Assembly: GCA_051362555.1 (NCBI GenBank) | Contig: CM120645.1 | Coordinates: 20,956,001-21,020,000 of the forward strand | Origin: Lingula anatina | Lineage: Eukaryota > Animalia > Brachiopoda | Reading direction: 5' to 3' | DNA length: 64,000 nt | Notes under the pieces: model-generated | Told to the model about the DNA's origin: nothing | The model's database searches: none | Seen by the model: the letters and a program-made list of their open reading frames with translations, nothing else | In this document: positions 39,901 through 50,800 of the stretch, piece after piece | Layout of the letters: each line of letters opens with the position of its first letter | Numbering within the stretch: the first letter of the stretch is position 1 | Translations under genes and position numbers: made by a program

Positions 39901-40780
39901 ACAATTTACATATGGCAAATAAAATATGAACAATAATAAATTTCAGGCAGGCCCTTAGCCAGGGGGGTTGGGGAGGTTCGAAAGCACCCCCCTTTTGGCT
40001 GGGAAAAGGTTCCCTCGGGGTAAAATTTTATCCAGGTACATAAAGGTTTATGGTAAAAGGTCCACTTTTTCAGAAAAGAAACCCCCTTTGAAATTGCTGG
40101 CTACCGGCCTTTGAGAGCTACCTCACCTTCATTGTCTGGTGTTGCGGTGCTTCTTTTTGGGTCTTCACCAGGTTCTGGAAATCTGGCTGCAATTCTATTC
40201 TTCTGATTCTTTCTCCGTTTCTTGCTTCGACTATTGGCACGTCCACCCTGATCACTGCCAGGTTGTAAAACAATCATGCCATTTGTTTTATGGACATGCC
40301 TATAATAATAAACATACTAATTATGTAATAGATATAATAGTCACAATACATGTAGTATGCTTTCGGCCTAATACATGTACAGTACCAATAAAATGCTTGC
40401 CATTGGCAATGCCATTTCAAATCAGTTATAACTTCTCTCTTGCTCTGTTTATAACCCATTAGGGACATAAAGAAAAGACACTAAAGCTGCATACATGTAC
40501 TGTATATGATGCTAACCTGTTGCAACAACATTTACCTGTGTATTTTTAGAGCAAACAATACAGTACTGAAATTCCTCACTCGTAGCTGTTGCCCGCCACC
40601 TTCACTGTTTCTCTGTGCAACATATGGCTTGTACTGGTTGTTAAAGATGTCCTTCAGTAACCCCTTGGAAACACTTCCAGCTATGCCCTGGAGATTCAAA
40701 TAATCGAGGAAATCGACCCCAACTTGTAATTTCTCATTTAATGTTGCCTTTCCACCCCCTCCACTGGACAATGCTGCCAT
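18751..40780 (-). CDS. MOV10: MOV10-type UPF1-like SF1 RNA helicase (about 1087 aa, 20 coding exons)
   Basis: Exons (minus): 40780-40536, 40299-40127, 39562-39471, 38795-38704, 36139-35895, 35304-35187, 34102-33974, 33716-33576, 32526-32364, 27489-27338, 26331-26146, 25849-25702, 25124-24963, 24463-24360, 23873-23662, 21850-21396, 20603-20427, 19699-19611, 19262-19147, 18815-18751; phases consistent, 3264 nt. Motifs [20 protein letters not shown] (I), CAPSNSA (Ia), FIDEAGH (II), [10 protein letters not shown] (III), NYRSHP (IV), SVEEFQGQE (V), [10 protein letters not shown] (VI). C-terminal EDPEWR favours MOV10 over MOV10L1. The exon 3 acceptor has alternative candidates. Confidence 0.95.
18858..18897. 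repeat. (TAA)n microsatellite
   Basis: Directly visible. Confidence 0.95.
20642..20808. mobile_element. Short MITE with caggccc(g)tagcc termini; related copy at 39948-40110 and fragment near 2488
   Basis: caggcccatagcc ... ggctacgggcctg inverted ends; internal sequence shared in reverse orientation with 39948-40110. Confidence 0.75.
21885..22376 (+). mobile_element. 5'-truncated LINE 3' end (RTEX-like C-terminal CCHC finger), antisense within a MOV10 intron
   Basis: Open frame 21885-22211: [38 protein letters not shown]; followed by an AT-rich UTR, an A-run at 22353 and (TAA)n. Confidence 0.85.
23080..23682 (-). repeat. Tandem array (about 105-130-bp units) of the MOV10 exon-15 end plus donor site, separated by (TAA)n/(TTA)n
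   Basis: aagttacctacccagtccatatttaatggcca repeated at about 23179, 23312, 23416, 23538 and 23651 (real site); variant at 23081. Confidence 0.9.
26699..27033. mobile_element. Kolobok-like non-autonomous element with TTAA TSD
   Basis: TTAA|agggataataactct ... agagttattatccct|TTAA; inverted sister copy at 54660-54992; partial copies near 32795 and 43500-43816. Confidence 0.8.
27528..28924. mobile_element. Non-autonomous TIR element (about 1.4 kb, about 340-bp imperfect TIRs; Kolobok-like termini)
   Basis: taaagggtaccggaggaga ... tctcctccggtacccttta; inverted similarity continues to cccgggag / ctcccggg. Confidence 0.85.
29186..32318 (+). mobile_element. Helentron/DINE-1-like non-autonomous element, family B, with internal about 160-bp repeats and an about 1.7-kb duplication
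   Basis: 5' acaaggcagcaaagctgtcaaatgtacagaca; 3' hairpin tgtacagacacatctgtgtctgtaca followed by an A-run; subterminal inverted repeat atgtacagaca / tgtctgtacat; second copy at 36591-38450. Confidence 0.75.
32939..33460. mobile_element. Palindromic PIF/Harbinger-like MITE
   Basis: ggctgcgttcacatga ... tcatgtgaacgcagcc with about 185-bp inverted arms; flanks CTA/TTA. Confidence 0.85.
33900..33962. repeat. (GA)n microsatellite
   Basis: Directly visible. Confidence 0.95.
36718..37970 (+). mobile_element. Helentron-like family A element, short copy with about 1.5 satellite monomers
   Basis: aactagaggatcagagaggcgataccgcctc..ttgtaccaccagc at the 5' end; 3' hairpin gtaccgccatcgctaacgctggtggtacaa; reverse-complement match to 55473-59096. 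Confidence 0.8.
37018..37225. mobile_element. Palindromic MITE nested in the family A element
   Basis: tagtcaggaggctcagtccaaattt ... aaatttggactgagccacctgacta, about 90-bp arms; absent from the sister copy. Confidence 0.8.
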
Positions 40781-40793
40781 GCTAGCTGCAAGA

Positions 40794-41281
40794 CTGAAAA
40801 GAAATTTATGAAAGTCAAGTATGTGATATGCTGCTCAAAATCTTAAGACACACATGTGCTAGTAGTATTAACGCCAATGATGTGACTCTAAGTGATTCGA
40901 CGTGTCAGATCGGGAAGTCTTGGGAACCGAGAACCGGCAACAAGTGCGGTAAAACAAAAGTTCACATACTTTTGAAGTTCTGTACGCCAAAATACACAAG
41001 ATCGATGAATATTACGCTATACGTGGTTTATCGACTAGGTTTCATTATTTTTAGCCACTTTTTAAAATATATTGTAATTTTACCTTTGATTTTTTAGCCA
41101 AAACACAGCTTTCGATTTCACGTGTAAACTACCAGGAAAAAAGATATCTAAATGTCCAATGAAAAAGGAGAAAAGGAAATAACGCGGGGTGATAATTTTC
41201 AATATGGCAGCTTCCGGTTGGGGATTTTCTGTATTTTGCAGCAAGTAAAACGACTATCACGACCTGGGTAGACGATCCACC
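40794..41281. promoter_or_regulatory. Putative bidirectional promoter shared by MOV10 and Artemis
   Basis: Divergent ATGs about 500 bp apart; locally CpG-richer; YY1-like aatatggcag at 41201 and ETS-like cttccgg at 41211; candidate MOV10 non-coding exon donor near 41131 and acceptor at 40794. Confidence 0.65.
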
Positions 41282-44200
41282 ATGAGCACATTTTGTGGAC
41301 AAATGCGGGAGTACTCCCGGATATCCCTGGACAGATTTGACAAGGGGAACCTGGAGAGTACTGCGTTTTTCTTGTCTCATTGTCATACCGGTGGGTACTG
41401 TTGATTAGTAGTTGAAGTAGTTGAGGAGGTTGGCGCGAAAGCCTATGGCCTCCATAGAATATCTTGCGTTTTCTATGTTTCCCCCACAGTTCCCAATTTA
41501 AAAACAATTATTGAATAGCCACACAAAATGACCTTATTGCATTTGACTCTATTGAATTGAAAGTAGTACATGATTACATGATAATGGTATACTCATAGTC
41601 TCTGTTGTTTATTTGCTTGTTTTCGATTAATAGCTGAACATTTGATTAAAATTTGTCTCATTTGCCTAAGGGACTCTCACGTTCCACGTAATGAAAATAT
41701 TCCTAAAAACTGGAGATAATAAACTAATTTTAAATTTCCAGCACAGTAAAGCTGTATTTAAACGGCCATCTTCAAACATTACTCCACAACGTAGGTATGT
41801 TACAAAAATTTTCAAAGTCCCCAAAACCTCCTAATATCAAGGCAGTCAGATGGACCATAAAAAAAGATGGATTTTGATACCAAAACCAAGTCTATAGCCC
41901 AAAAATCGACAAAGATATTGCAAAAATACTCTTCTCAATTTGACGCATTTTTTTCTGTTGGTTTAACATTATGATTTCCGAAAAACTGTGATCATGAAAA
42001 TTGATGTGTCAAACAAAAATGTCCACTGTTCCCATAAAATTCAAGATAATTCAATGAAATTTTCAGGAGAAACAGCCTGAAGCATTCTGGATAGACTTCT
42101 GTATCTAAATCTGAAATAGACAGACAAAATCAATTAATTTATAAATTAATAAGTAATTAATCCCAAACTCGTTCAACTGGTTATCAAATAAAAAAGTGCT
42201 TGGATCATCTCCCAAATGCTAAAACCCACTAAGAAAACACCAAAAATGAAAGTTAGGAGATATAACACAAGCAGATAAATCAGAAATTATGTTTTCAGAC
42301 TGCTAATGAATGTCAATCAATTAATTAGTGATCAAGAAGCAATCGATAGTGGCATCTATTTACTAGTATGTATTTTATGAATACATTTTCCTACTGAGTA
42401 CATGTCAGTTGAAAAAAAGGTATCAGTTAGCAAAAATTGATATTTTCCTCTATCATAAGCAATGTCACAATGTCAGCTAGATCAGCATCACCTTGGCTCT
42501 ATTGCTGAAAGAAAAAATAAGAAGGAATTAAAAAAGATATATCCAGATTCGAGACCTGTAGTTACCTTTACAGTACCATACATGCATTTACTGATAGCTG
42601 GCAAATTCAAGTATCTTCACAAAAATTATATATCTGTGTACATTTCTTGAGCTTTGGTTGTATAGAATAGGACAACAGAGCAGTCGGCTTTTCTATTTTG
42701 TTGCTACTACTCAATAGGAATGTAATACACTAAAGAAATTATGCCTTAAAAAATACATGTACATCTGTAAAATTCTCAATTTCCCCACAGATAAAAAATC
42801 TAGAAATAATTGTTTGATTTAATTATACCATTTAACATATGTATCTATTAATTATTATTATTATTAACCATTCTTTTTGTAATTATTATCAGCCATCGCT
42901 TATTTTTATAGTCATTATTTATAGCCTAGCTAGCTATCGTCAGTCAAAACATCCGCCATTTTGAATTTTCAGTAGATCGCGGTAAGTACTACGACACGTT
43001 CCGGATAAAAAATAAACATGTTCTAATGCTCAGATTTTAATGAAACTTCGTCAGTTTATAGATAAAACTTAATATTCAATGTCCATATACATAAGATTAG
43101 CGTCCATGCGCTTGGTCAGTGTTTTTGGAGAATTCAAAGTGGGGCGACTTTTCAAACTTGTCCCACAGGAGGAATATAGCATTGAAACAAAAATTTCGAA
43201 CTCGAGGCAGTAGAGGGGATTCTCCTCAGCGTCATAAGCAAGGAATCACTGGGATATTCCCAATGAGAGCCAATCAGCAGCCCGATATTGAGGGTACCCC
43301 TCTGCGCTTTGCGCAAGCGCCAAGCACGTGTGATCTGAGAAAATGGCCGCCGTCTAAAGCGGCGATTGTAACATACCTACACAACGTGCATTTTTATGAT
43401 TTAATAAAATGTTCTGATGTAGCCCAAGTGCCTACTTGTACTCACTGCTTATAGATTTTGCTTTATCAGAAGATTTGAGTATGGCTCTTAGAGTTCTATA
43501 TTTCACAATTTATAAATACATATTTTAAACAACTCATAGAAAAATAATATATTCTATTTTACCACAAAAACGGCAGTTAAAGAAATTATTCTGTGCATGC
43601 CATCAGACTGTGTGACCTCCGTAAATGACTATACTCTGTAATAATAATCACTTAAGATAATCTTATGAGATTATTACAAAAAAAAGAAACTTTTTAGAAG
43701 AAAACCCGGGACAAACTTTAGATGTTGAAATGGATTCATTAACCATTGGTAAGTATGGGGAAATTGCACTTTACCCCAGGAATTTTATTTTTCCAAAATG
43801 AACAGTTGTTATCCCTTTAAAAGTATCATTTTAATTTCAGACCACATGGTAGGATTAAGCTATCCTAGCTTTCATTATCGTCTGAACTCATGGTGAGTTT
43901 CAAAAAGGAGCATGTTTTGACACTGATTTGTGATTGAATTGCAAAATTGCATTTGAAGTTAATTCCTGAAAGAAACTTAATAAAATGGGATATTTTTGTT
44001 TCATCATTGCTATTATTATTATTATAATTATATGGAAAATACATCTAAAACAGCAAAGAAAACCATCAACATTCCTCTATTATTTTTTGCAGATGTCACT
44101 TTGACTCAATTTGGTTATAAAACACACATACACACACCCACACACATAATATTTCAAGAAAATTTAACATTTCATGCCTTATTTCATTGCAGCAGAGACA

Positions 44201-44800
44201 TAAAGCTTTATTGCTCTGAAGTAACAAGACAGATATTGTTGCACATGCAGGATGGCAATTACAAGCACCTGGACAAGCATGTGGTAATGTTATATAAAGG
44301 GATTAGATATTTGAAAAAATTTCCAGTTTTCTTAGTGCAATTATAATATGGCATTATTACTGTTACAGTATCTTTATTTTTTCAAAAAACTTAACTCTTT
44401 GCTTGTGATGTAACATTAAAGGGGGTGTGTCTTTCTGCAACCTTAGAATGAATAAAACAGACAGACAAGCAGACAGACTGAAAGAAGAACACTTGTCTTG
44501 GCATGAGTATTTATTTCTCCTGTGGTTCATTTTCAGGTCGCATTATCTGAAAACAACCCAACAAGATTAACGATACCAAATTTTTCTGGAAAGGCAGAAG
44601 AAGTGGTGGTCACTTTGATCCCAGCTGCCCATTGTCCAGGCTCTGTGATGTAAGATTGACCACTGGTCACTATGGTTAGCTTGATGTAACTGTTGAGAAT
44701 TTAAATTATGGAGTGAGAATATGGATTATACAATTTGTAGATCATCTGAAGAAAGGGAGTTATGGAGGTCCATGACAGTCAAATTCTGCAATGATAAGAT

Positions 44801-44846
<46 letters not shown>

Positions 44847-47800
44847 GGAGAGAGAGAAAGAGTAAAAGGTTGCATCTTAATGATGTTACAGATAAGACAT
44901 TTTACACAGTATTAAGACTGTCAAAATATTGAAATTGATAATTAAAATTAATTATTGACCTTCTTGTTTTCTCAGGTTTTTGTTTGAGGGGGAAGAAGGA
45001 ACCGTCCTATACACTGGTGATTTTAGACTAGAAAAGGGTTCTGCAGCAAGGATTCCGCAACTGAATTCGGGTTCTAGGTAAATGGTAGTAGTTGTTCACA
45101 CATTAAATGTGGTAGATATATAGATTTCAATAGTTTTTTACATTTTATAATTATTTCTGTGTGGAACAATTGAGCTTCTCTGACAAAGATGGCTTCGTTG
45201 ATTTATGAGGTTTTTTGATGATGGTTAGAGACCAATTGTTGATTTGAGAATGATATATTCTGAATACAGTTAAAGTTCCTTTTGGAGGTGATTTGTGCTT
45301 TGTTGAGTACAGAAAACTGCATTTGTGTTTACATGGGTATTTATAATGCAGGAGTCCTTTTTCCTAATTCCATAAAATTAATTTATTAATTAACTTATAG
45401 AACAGATTAAGAAATAACTTTTAATTTGTAAACAAAAAATAATAATTAAAAAGAAACAAAGGAAGAAGGAAAGAATGAAAATAATGTTTGTTTGTTTGAT
45501 TTTTTAATTTCAGATCCAAAAATATAAGAAGCCTATATGTGGACACCACGTTCTGCACACCAAAAGCATTCCACATTCCAAGCCGGCAGGAGTGTCGTGA
45601 TGTCATCATCTCTGTGATTGACAGTTGGACTCAGCTAAGCCCCGCCCACATGGTAGTGCTGAAGGGCAAGGCTTCTCTGGGATATGAGTATATTTATGAA
45701 GAAGTAAACAAGGAGTTTAAACAAAAGGTTTGATAAATTTTCGCCAAAGACAACAGACTTGGGGCCTGTTTGACCATAGATAATAAGTTGATGTTGAGGC
45801 TAAAACTTTAGCATTACTTAGACTTAGCTGACAAAACTGCAAGATACAAAAATCTTTAAGACATCTAACCTCATTTTGTAAGCATTTATGTAATGTATTT
45901 TTTTATCATTGTGACTGTGTATGATTTAATGGTAGCAGTTATAAAAATGAAAGTTATTAAAATGTCTGTCAGTTAAATGGTGTCAGTTGCATTATTTATT
46001 TTATGGCATGTTATTTAATTACCAGATTAACATTACATGTGGTTTCATTATCAGATTCACATTACATTTTATTTTATTATCAGATTCACATGACATGTTA
46101 TTTCATAACCAGATTCACATTACATTTTATTTTATTACCAGATTCACATTACATGTTATTTCATTACCAGATTCACATTACATTTTTTTTTTATTGTCAG
46201 ATTCACATTACATGTTATTTTATTTACAGATTCATATAAGTGAACGAAAGATGAGAATGTACACTGGGGTGCCACAGATCAGCAAGTGTTTCACCACTGA
46301 TCCCATGGGGACACAAGTACATGCTTGTGAGAAACAGGTAAGACTTGAATTGAGAAAGAATATCACCGCTCCCGTATTGAATCTGCTGATCAGAAAACAC
46401 TTTTCAAGATCGTGGACCAAATATCGGAATCAAAATCATCTCAACTGAATGTCCTCCCAGACATGGAAATTTCAGAGCTCCCTCAACTTTTTTCAAATTA
46501 CTTTACAGATAAGATCAAGAGCATTCGAAACGATCTCGTTTCTTATTCTTCTGTAGAAATCTCAGAAACCCCAGTTACCTGTACTCATGCAGTATTGACT
46601 GAATTTTCACCTGTATCAGAAGAAGATGTTTTAACATTAATGAAAAGCATGAATTCTAAATCTTCTGCGGCCTTAGATCCTGTGCCAACACATATTATCG
46701 AAGAGTGCATTACTGTTCTGGCCCCAGTTTTTTTAAAGATAGTGAATCTCTCTTTTACAACAGGCATCTTCCCATCCAACTGCAAAACAGCAACTGTTAG
46801 ACCCTTGTTAAAAAAACAAGGCCTGTGCAAACAAGTGTTTAAAAATTATCGACCAATATCAAACTTGCCCTTCTTAGGGAAGTTTCTTGAGAAAATGGCA
46901 TGTATACAACTGAATAACTATCTAGCTCAAAACAGTCTATATGGCAAGTTTCAATCAGCTTATAGAGAAGGACATAGCACAGAAACAGCTCTCCTAAGGG
47001 TTCATAATGACATCATGCTTTCTTTAGACAAACAAAAAGATGTTATTTTAGTCCTTTTAGATCTGTCTGCTGCATTCGACACCATTGACCACAACATACT
47101 TCTGCACAGACTACAGTACCGATTTGGAGTAAAAGATTTAGCACTCAATTGGTTAACCTCATATCTAAAAGATCGAACACAAAAGGTGTCAATTGAGTCG
47201 TTGCTATCAGAGCCCACTATTTTAGAGTATGGTGTCCCTCAGGGGTCTGTGCTAGGTCCATTGCTCTTTTCATTGTATATGCTACCAATAGAAGACATTA
47301 TAGTTAAACATGGTCTCAACACTGTCATTTTTGATGATGACACTCAAATTTATGTCACAAGTGAAAGTAATCGCTCCATGGCTATCACCTCAATAGAAAC
47401 TTGTCTAGTTGAGATCCAGAATTGGATGAAAACAAACATGCTAGCACTAAATGATGGAAAAACTGAACTAATATGGTTTACATCAAGGTCTAAGTCAGAC
47501 AGTGGAAATGCAATGAAATCTGATATTTGTATCAGTGGTGTCAACATCAATCCATCTAGCTATGTGAAAGATTTAGGTGTCACCTTTGATCAGTATGCAA
47601 CTATGGATAGACGGATCTCTGAAATTTGCAAATCGGCATCATACTCACTTTGGCAAATTAGTAAGATACGTGACTTACTGGACAAAACTTCAACTGAAAA
47701 ACTAATCCATGCTTTCATTACTTCTAAGCTTGACTATTGCAACAGTCTCTTATATGGTTTAGGCAAAAATCATCTGAACAAACTTCAATTAATTCAAAAT

Positions 47801-50800
47801 TCTGCAGCTAGGCTGGTAACTAAAATGGGATGGAACAGCCGAGAGCATATAACACCTGTTTTGATGGAACTTCACTGGCTTCCAGTAAGAGAGAGAATTT
47901 TATTTAAAATTTTATGTGTCATTTTTAAAGCAGTCACTGAGAATAAACCACTTTATATCTCAGAACTTATGAAGCAACATCAGCATGGAAGAGTTACCAG
48001 GTCTTCAACTTTTAGTCATTTACTTTTAGAACACAGTGTCTTAGAGAAAAAAGCTGGTAAATTTTACGGTGAAAGGGCATTTATGATATATGCACCCAAA
48101 GTTTGGAACACCTTACCCTCTGAAATACGAGCAGCAGGTGACATAGATACTTTTAAAAAGCTTTTGAAAACTCATATTTTTAGAATAGCCTATCAGTAAC
48201 TATCATATAGTTAATTTTAGTTTTTAATAAGGTGTACTGTAATTTTATGATTAATTTTAAATGTTGTCACTTTAGGTTCTAATCATTTTAGAATATGAAT
48301 AATTGGTTCTTTAAATTAGTTCTTAGTCCTTTAAAATTGTAATGTGTTCTTATATTAGTATTGTGTTATTTAGCTCTTTTAAGTGAATGTTGTAAGGCGC
48401 ATTGAGATTTTTAATGGAATGCGCCATAGAAAAATAAACTATTATTATTATTATTAGATTTCCATTTATCGGTTTGATTTTTAATTACCAACATATTGCC
48501 TTTATGCATCTTTTAATTGGAAATAGTGCCATACAAGTTTAGTGATTCTGATAGTTGTATTTAAAAAAGTGGTACAGCTCAAGTGCAAAACTGTAAACAA
48601 CAAGTCAAAGTTTCACTTACCGTAGCTTTCACACACTGGCCATTCCAAGTGACGGAAAATATTTTTAAGTGAGTTGTGCCACAAAGAAAATATGTCATCA
48701 TTTAATATGAATGAAACATTGGCTTCCAATTAAAAAAAAGAATGAGTCAAAAAGTGTCCAATGTAAAGAAGTAGTGATAGCGATACTGAAGTTATACTAA
48801 ATAATAGAGTGTAACTCTTATATAAGTGAAATGTAACTTTCTGGGTGCTTTTTGCCCTTAAAATATATACCCCACTCATTATTAATAGGTATTTTGAATA
48901 TGATAACATTTTTTTCATCCACTTAGTGTATGTAATACTATATATAGTTTCAGGGAGAGTCCAGCACTTTGCCCTGTGGTCACAAACTGACCAGTGGAGA
49001 TGACCCCAGAGTTCTGACCATTCTCATGTCCACTATGTGGTTCACCCAGGAGGTCCGTCCTCACGAAATCATCTGTGGTGAGAAAGGATTTTATAGGACA
49101 TGTTTTTCCTTCCACTCCTCGTACCAAGAGATACGCGACTTCATCAGTTATCTCCAGCCTTGCCGTGTGTTCCCTAATGTTATTCCCAATGAGGAGGATT
49201 TGGAAAAGGTATTTGTAGGCAAATCTAGATTTATTATAATTTTCATAAATGGCATGTTATATGTCGTTAATAAGGAAGTCATAATTGAATCTAAAATAAC
49301 CAACCAAAGAAACTAACCAGCAAACAAATAATGAGAGAGAGATGGAGAAACAGAGAGAGATACAAAACAATACAAAGGGAATTGAAGTATAGGCAAAAGT
49401 CGAGAGTCTGTATAAAGTATACACAAACACATATAGGATATTACTAAACTGTACTCGTAAGATATATATTCACTTTCCTTTTGGTTACTTATAAAACCAT
49501 TGGTCACTTATTTAATATCTGAGAAAATTATAATCATAAGGTTTCAAGGAAGTAGTGCTCTATATGTTTAAATGCTCCTTTTTTATCCTCAGGTACAAAA
49601 AAGACTGAACAGTTTTCTGAAACTGCCCCATTTATCGCGTGGTACAATAGGCGGGGAGTATAAGCCACTGGGCATGCTCAACAGGAAGTGGTTTGAGAAG
49701 CGGAGAAAAAAGACGTCAGGTATACGTGATATGTCAATGCACCATGAGTTAGTGATAGAGGTGTATGTGATTTGCAATAATGCAAAGCACAAATGGTTGT
49801 CTCATATGCCTTTGCTTTGGAAGTATTTATCTGACAGCAGATACAGTGTATTGAGAAAAAAGTCGCAGACATGGTTTTCCCTCTTCTTACAAAAATTTCC
49901 TGAGATGTTCTGTATGCTCTATGGGACTCTTTAGGAATCCTGCATGACTCCATGGGATTCTATAGGAATTCTTTAAGATGCCCTATTGGAAACATATAGG
50001 ACCCTAAAGAATTTCAGGCCAATTTCCTACATGGTTCTGTAGAACACTAAAGGACTCTGTGGGAAATTTTTCTAAGGGTTGTGTACTCATTATGTAAGAT
50101 ACACCATGTCTGGTTCTTTTGTACTCAAACTCTGCTTTAGTACAAATAAATATCTGTGAATGTAATACTTTTTTATTGATTTGAAACTTGACACTTGATG
50201 TGGCTTAAATTTTTGTAAGTTTTATAAAATATTCTCCCCATATGATGTTGATTTTTTATAAGAATAGGGCTATTTGGATTTTTACTGAATGAAATTTTGT
50301 TGGATGCAAATTTAAGTAGAGCCAAAAAAAATTTTTAAAGTATGAATATCCTTTTGTATTATGTAGTGATCATTGTTGAGATCAATTCCTTTATGTTTTG
50401 ATTGTAAAATAACAAGTTATCATGTTATTTTATAATCAAATAACATGTTATCATGAAGTCATAAAATGGTAAAAGGCATTTTATAATTTCTATCCACAGC
50501 TACCTCTACTGAGAATTCTGAAGAGTTAGACCTCTCAGACACCCCACCCAAAAAGAGAAGCAGAAAGAATTTGCAGGTTAACTCTGGGAAAGGAGACAGC
50601 AATGGTGATGGTATGGAGGTCAATGGTCTTTCATTTAGTCCTGACACAGTGAAAGGCAACTTCATGGAAGCTCGTGGGAATGATGATGATAATGATAACA
50701 GTCAGGAGCAAAGAGAAGACAGTGATTCTTACATCACCGATGAAGAAATTGACCGGTTTTCTCAACCCGAGGGTGGTTTGGATCTTTTTGATGAAGAGGC

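Noticed and set aside
18751-40780. MOV10L1/Armitage assignment
   Set aside because: Length, absence of an obvious N-terminal OB-fold region, DEAGH and the terminal EDPEWR fit MOV10 better; a phylogeny would be decisive.
45987-48199. In-frame Artemis-reverse transcriptase fusion
   Set aside because: The exon 7 frame differs from the RT frame; read-through stops at 46448 and the RT frame has a TGA near 46346.
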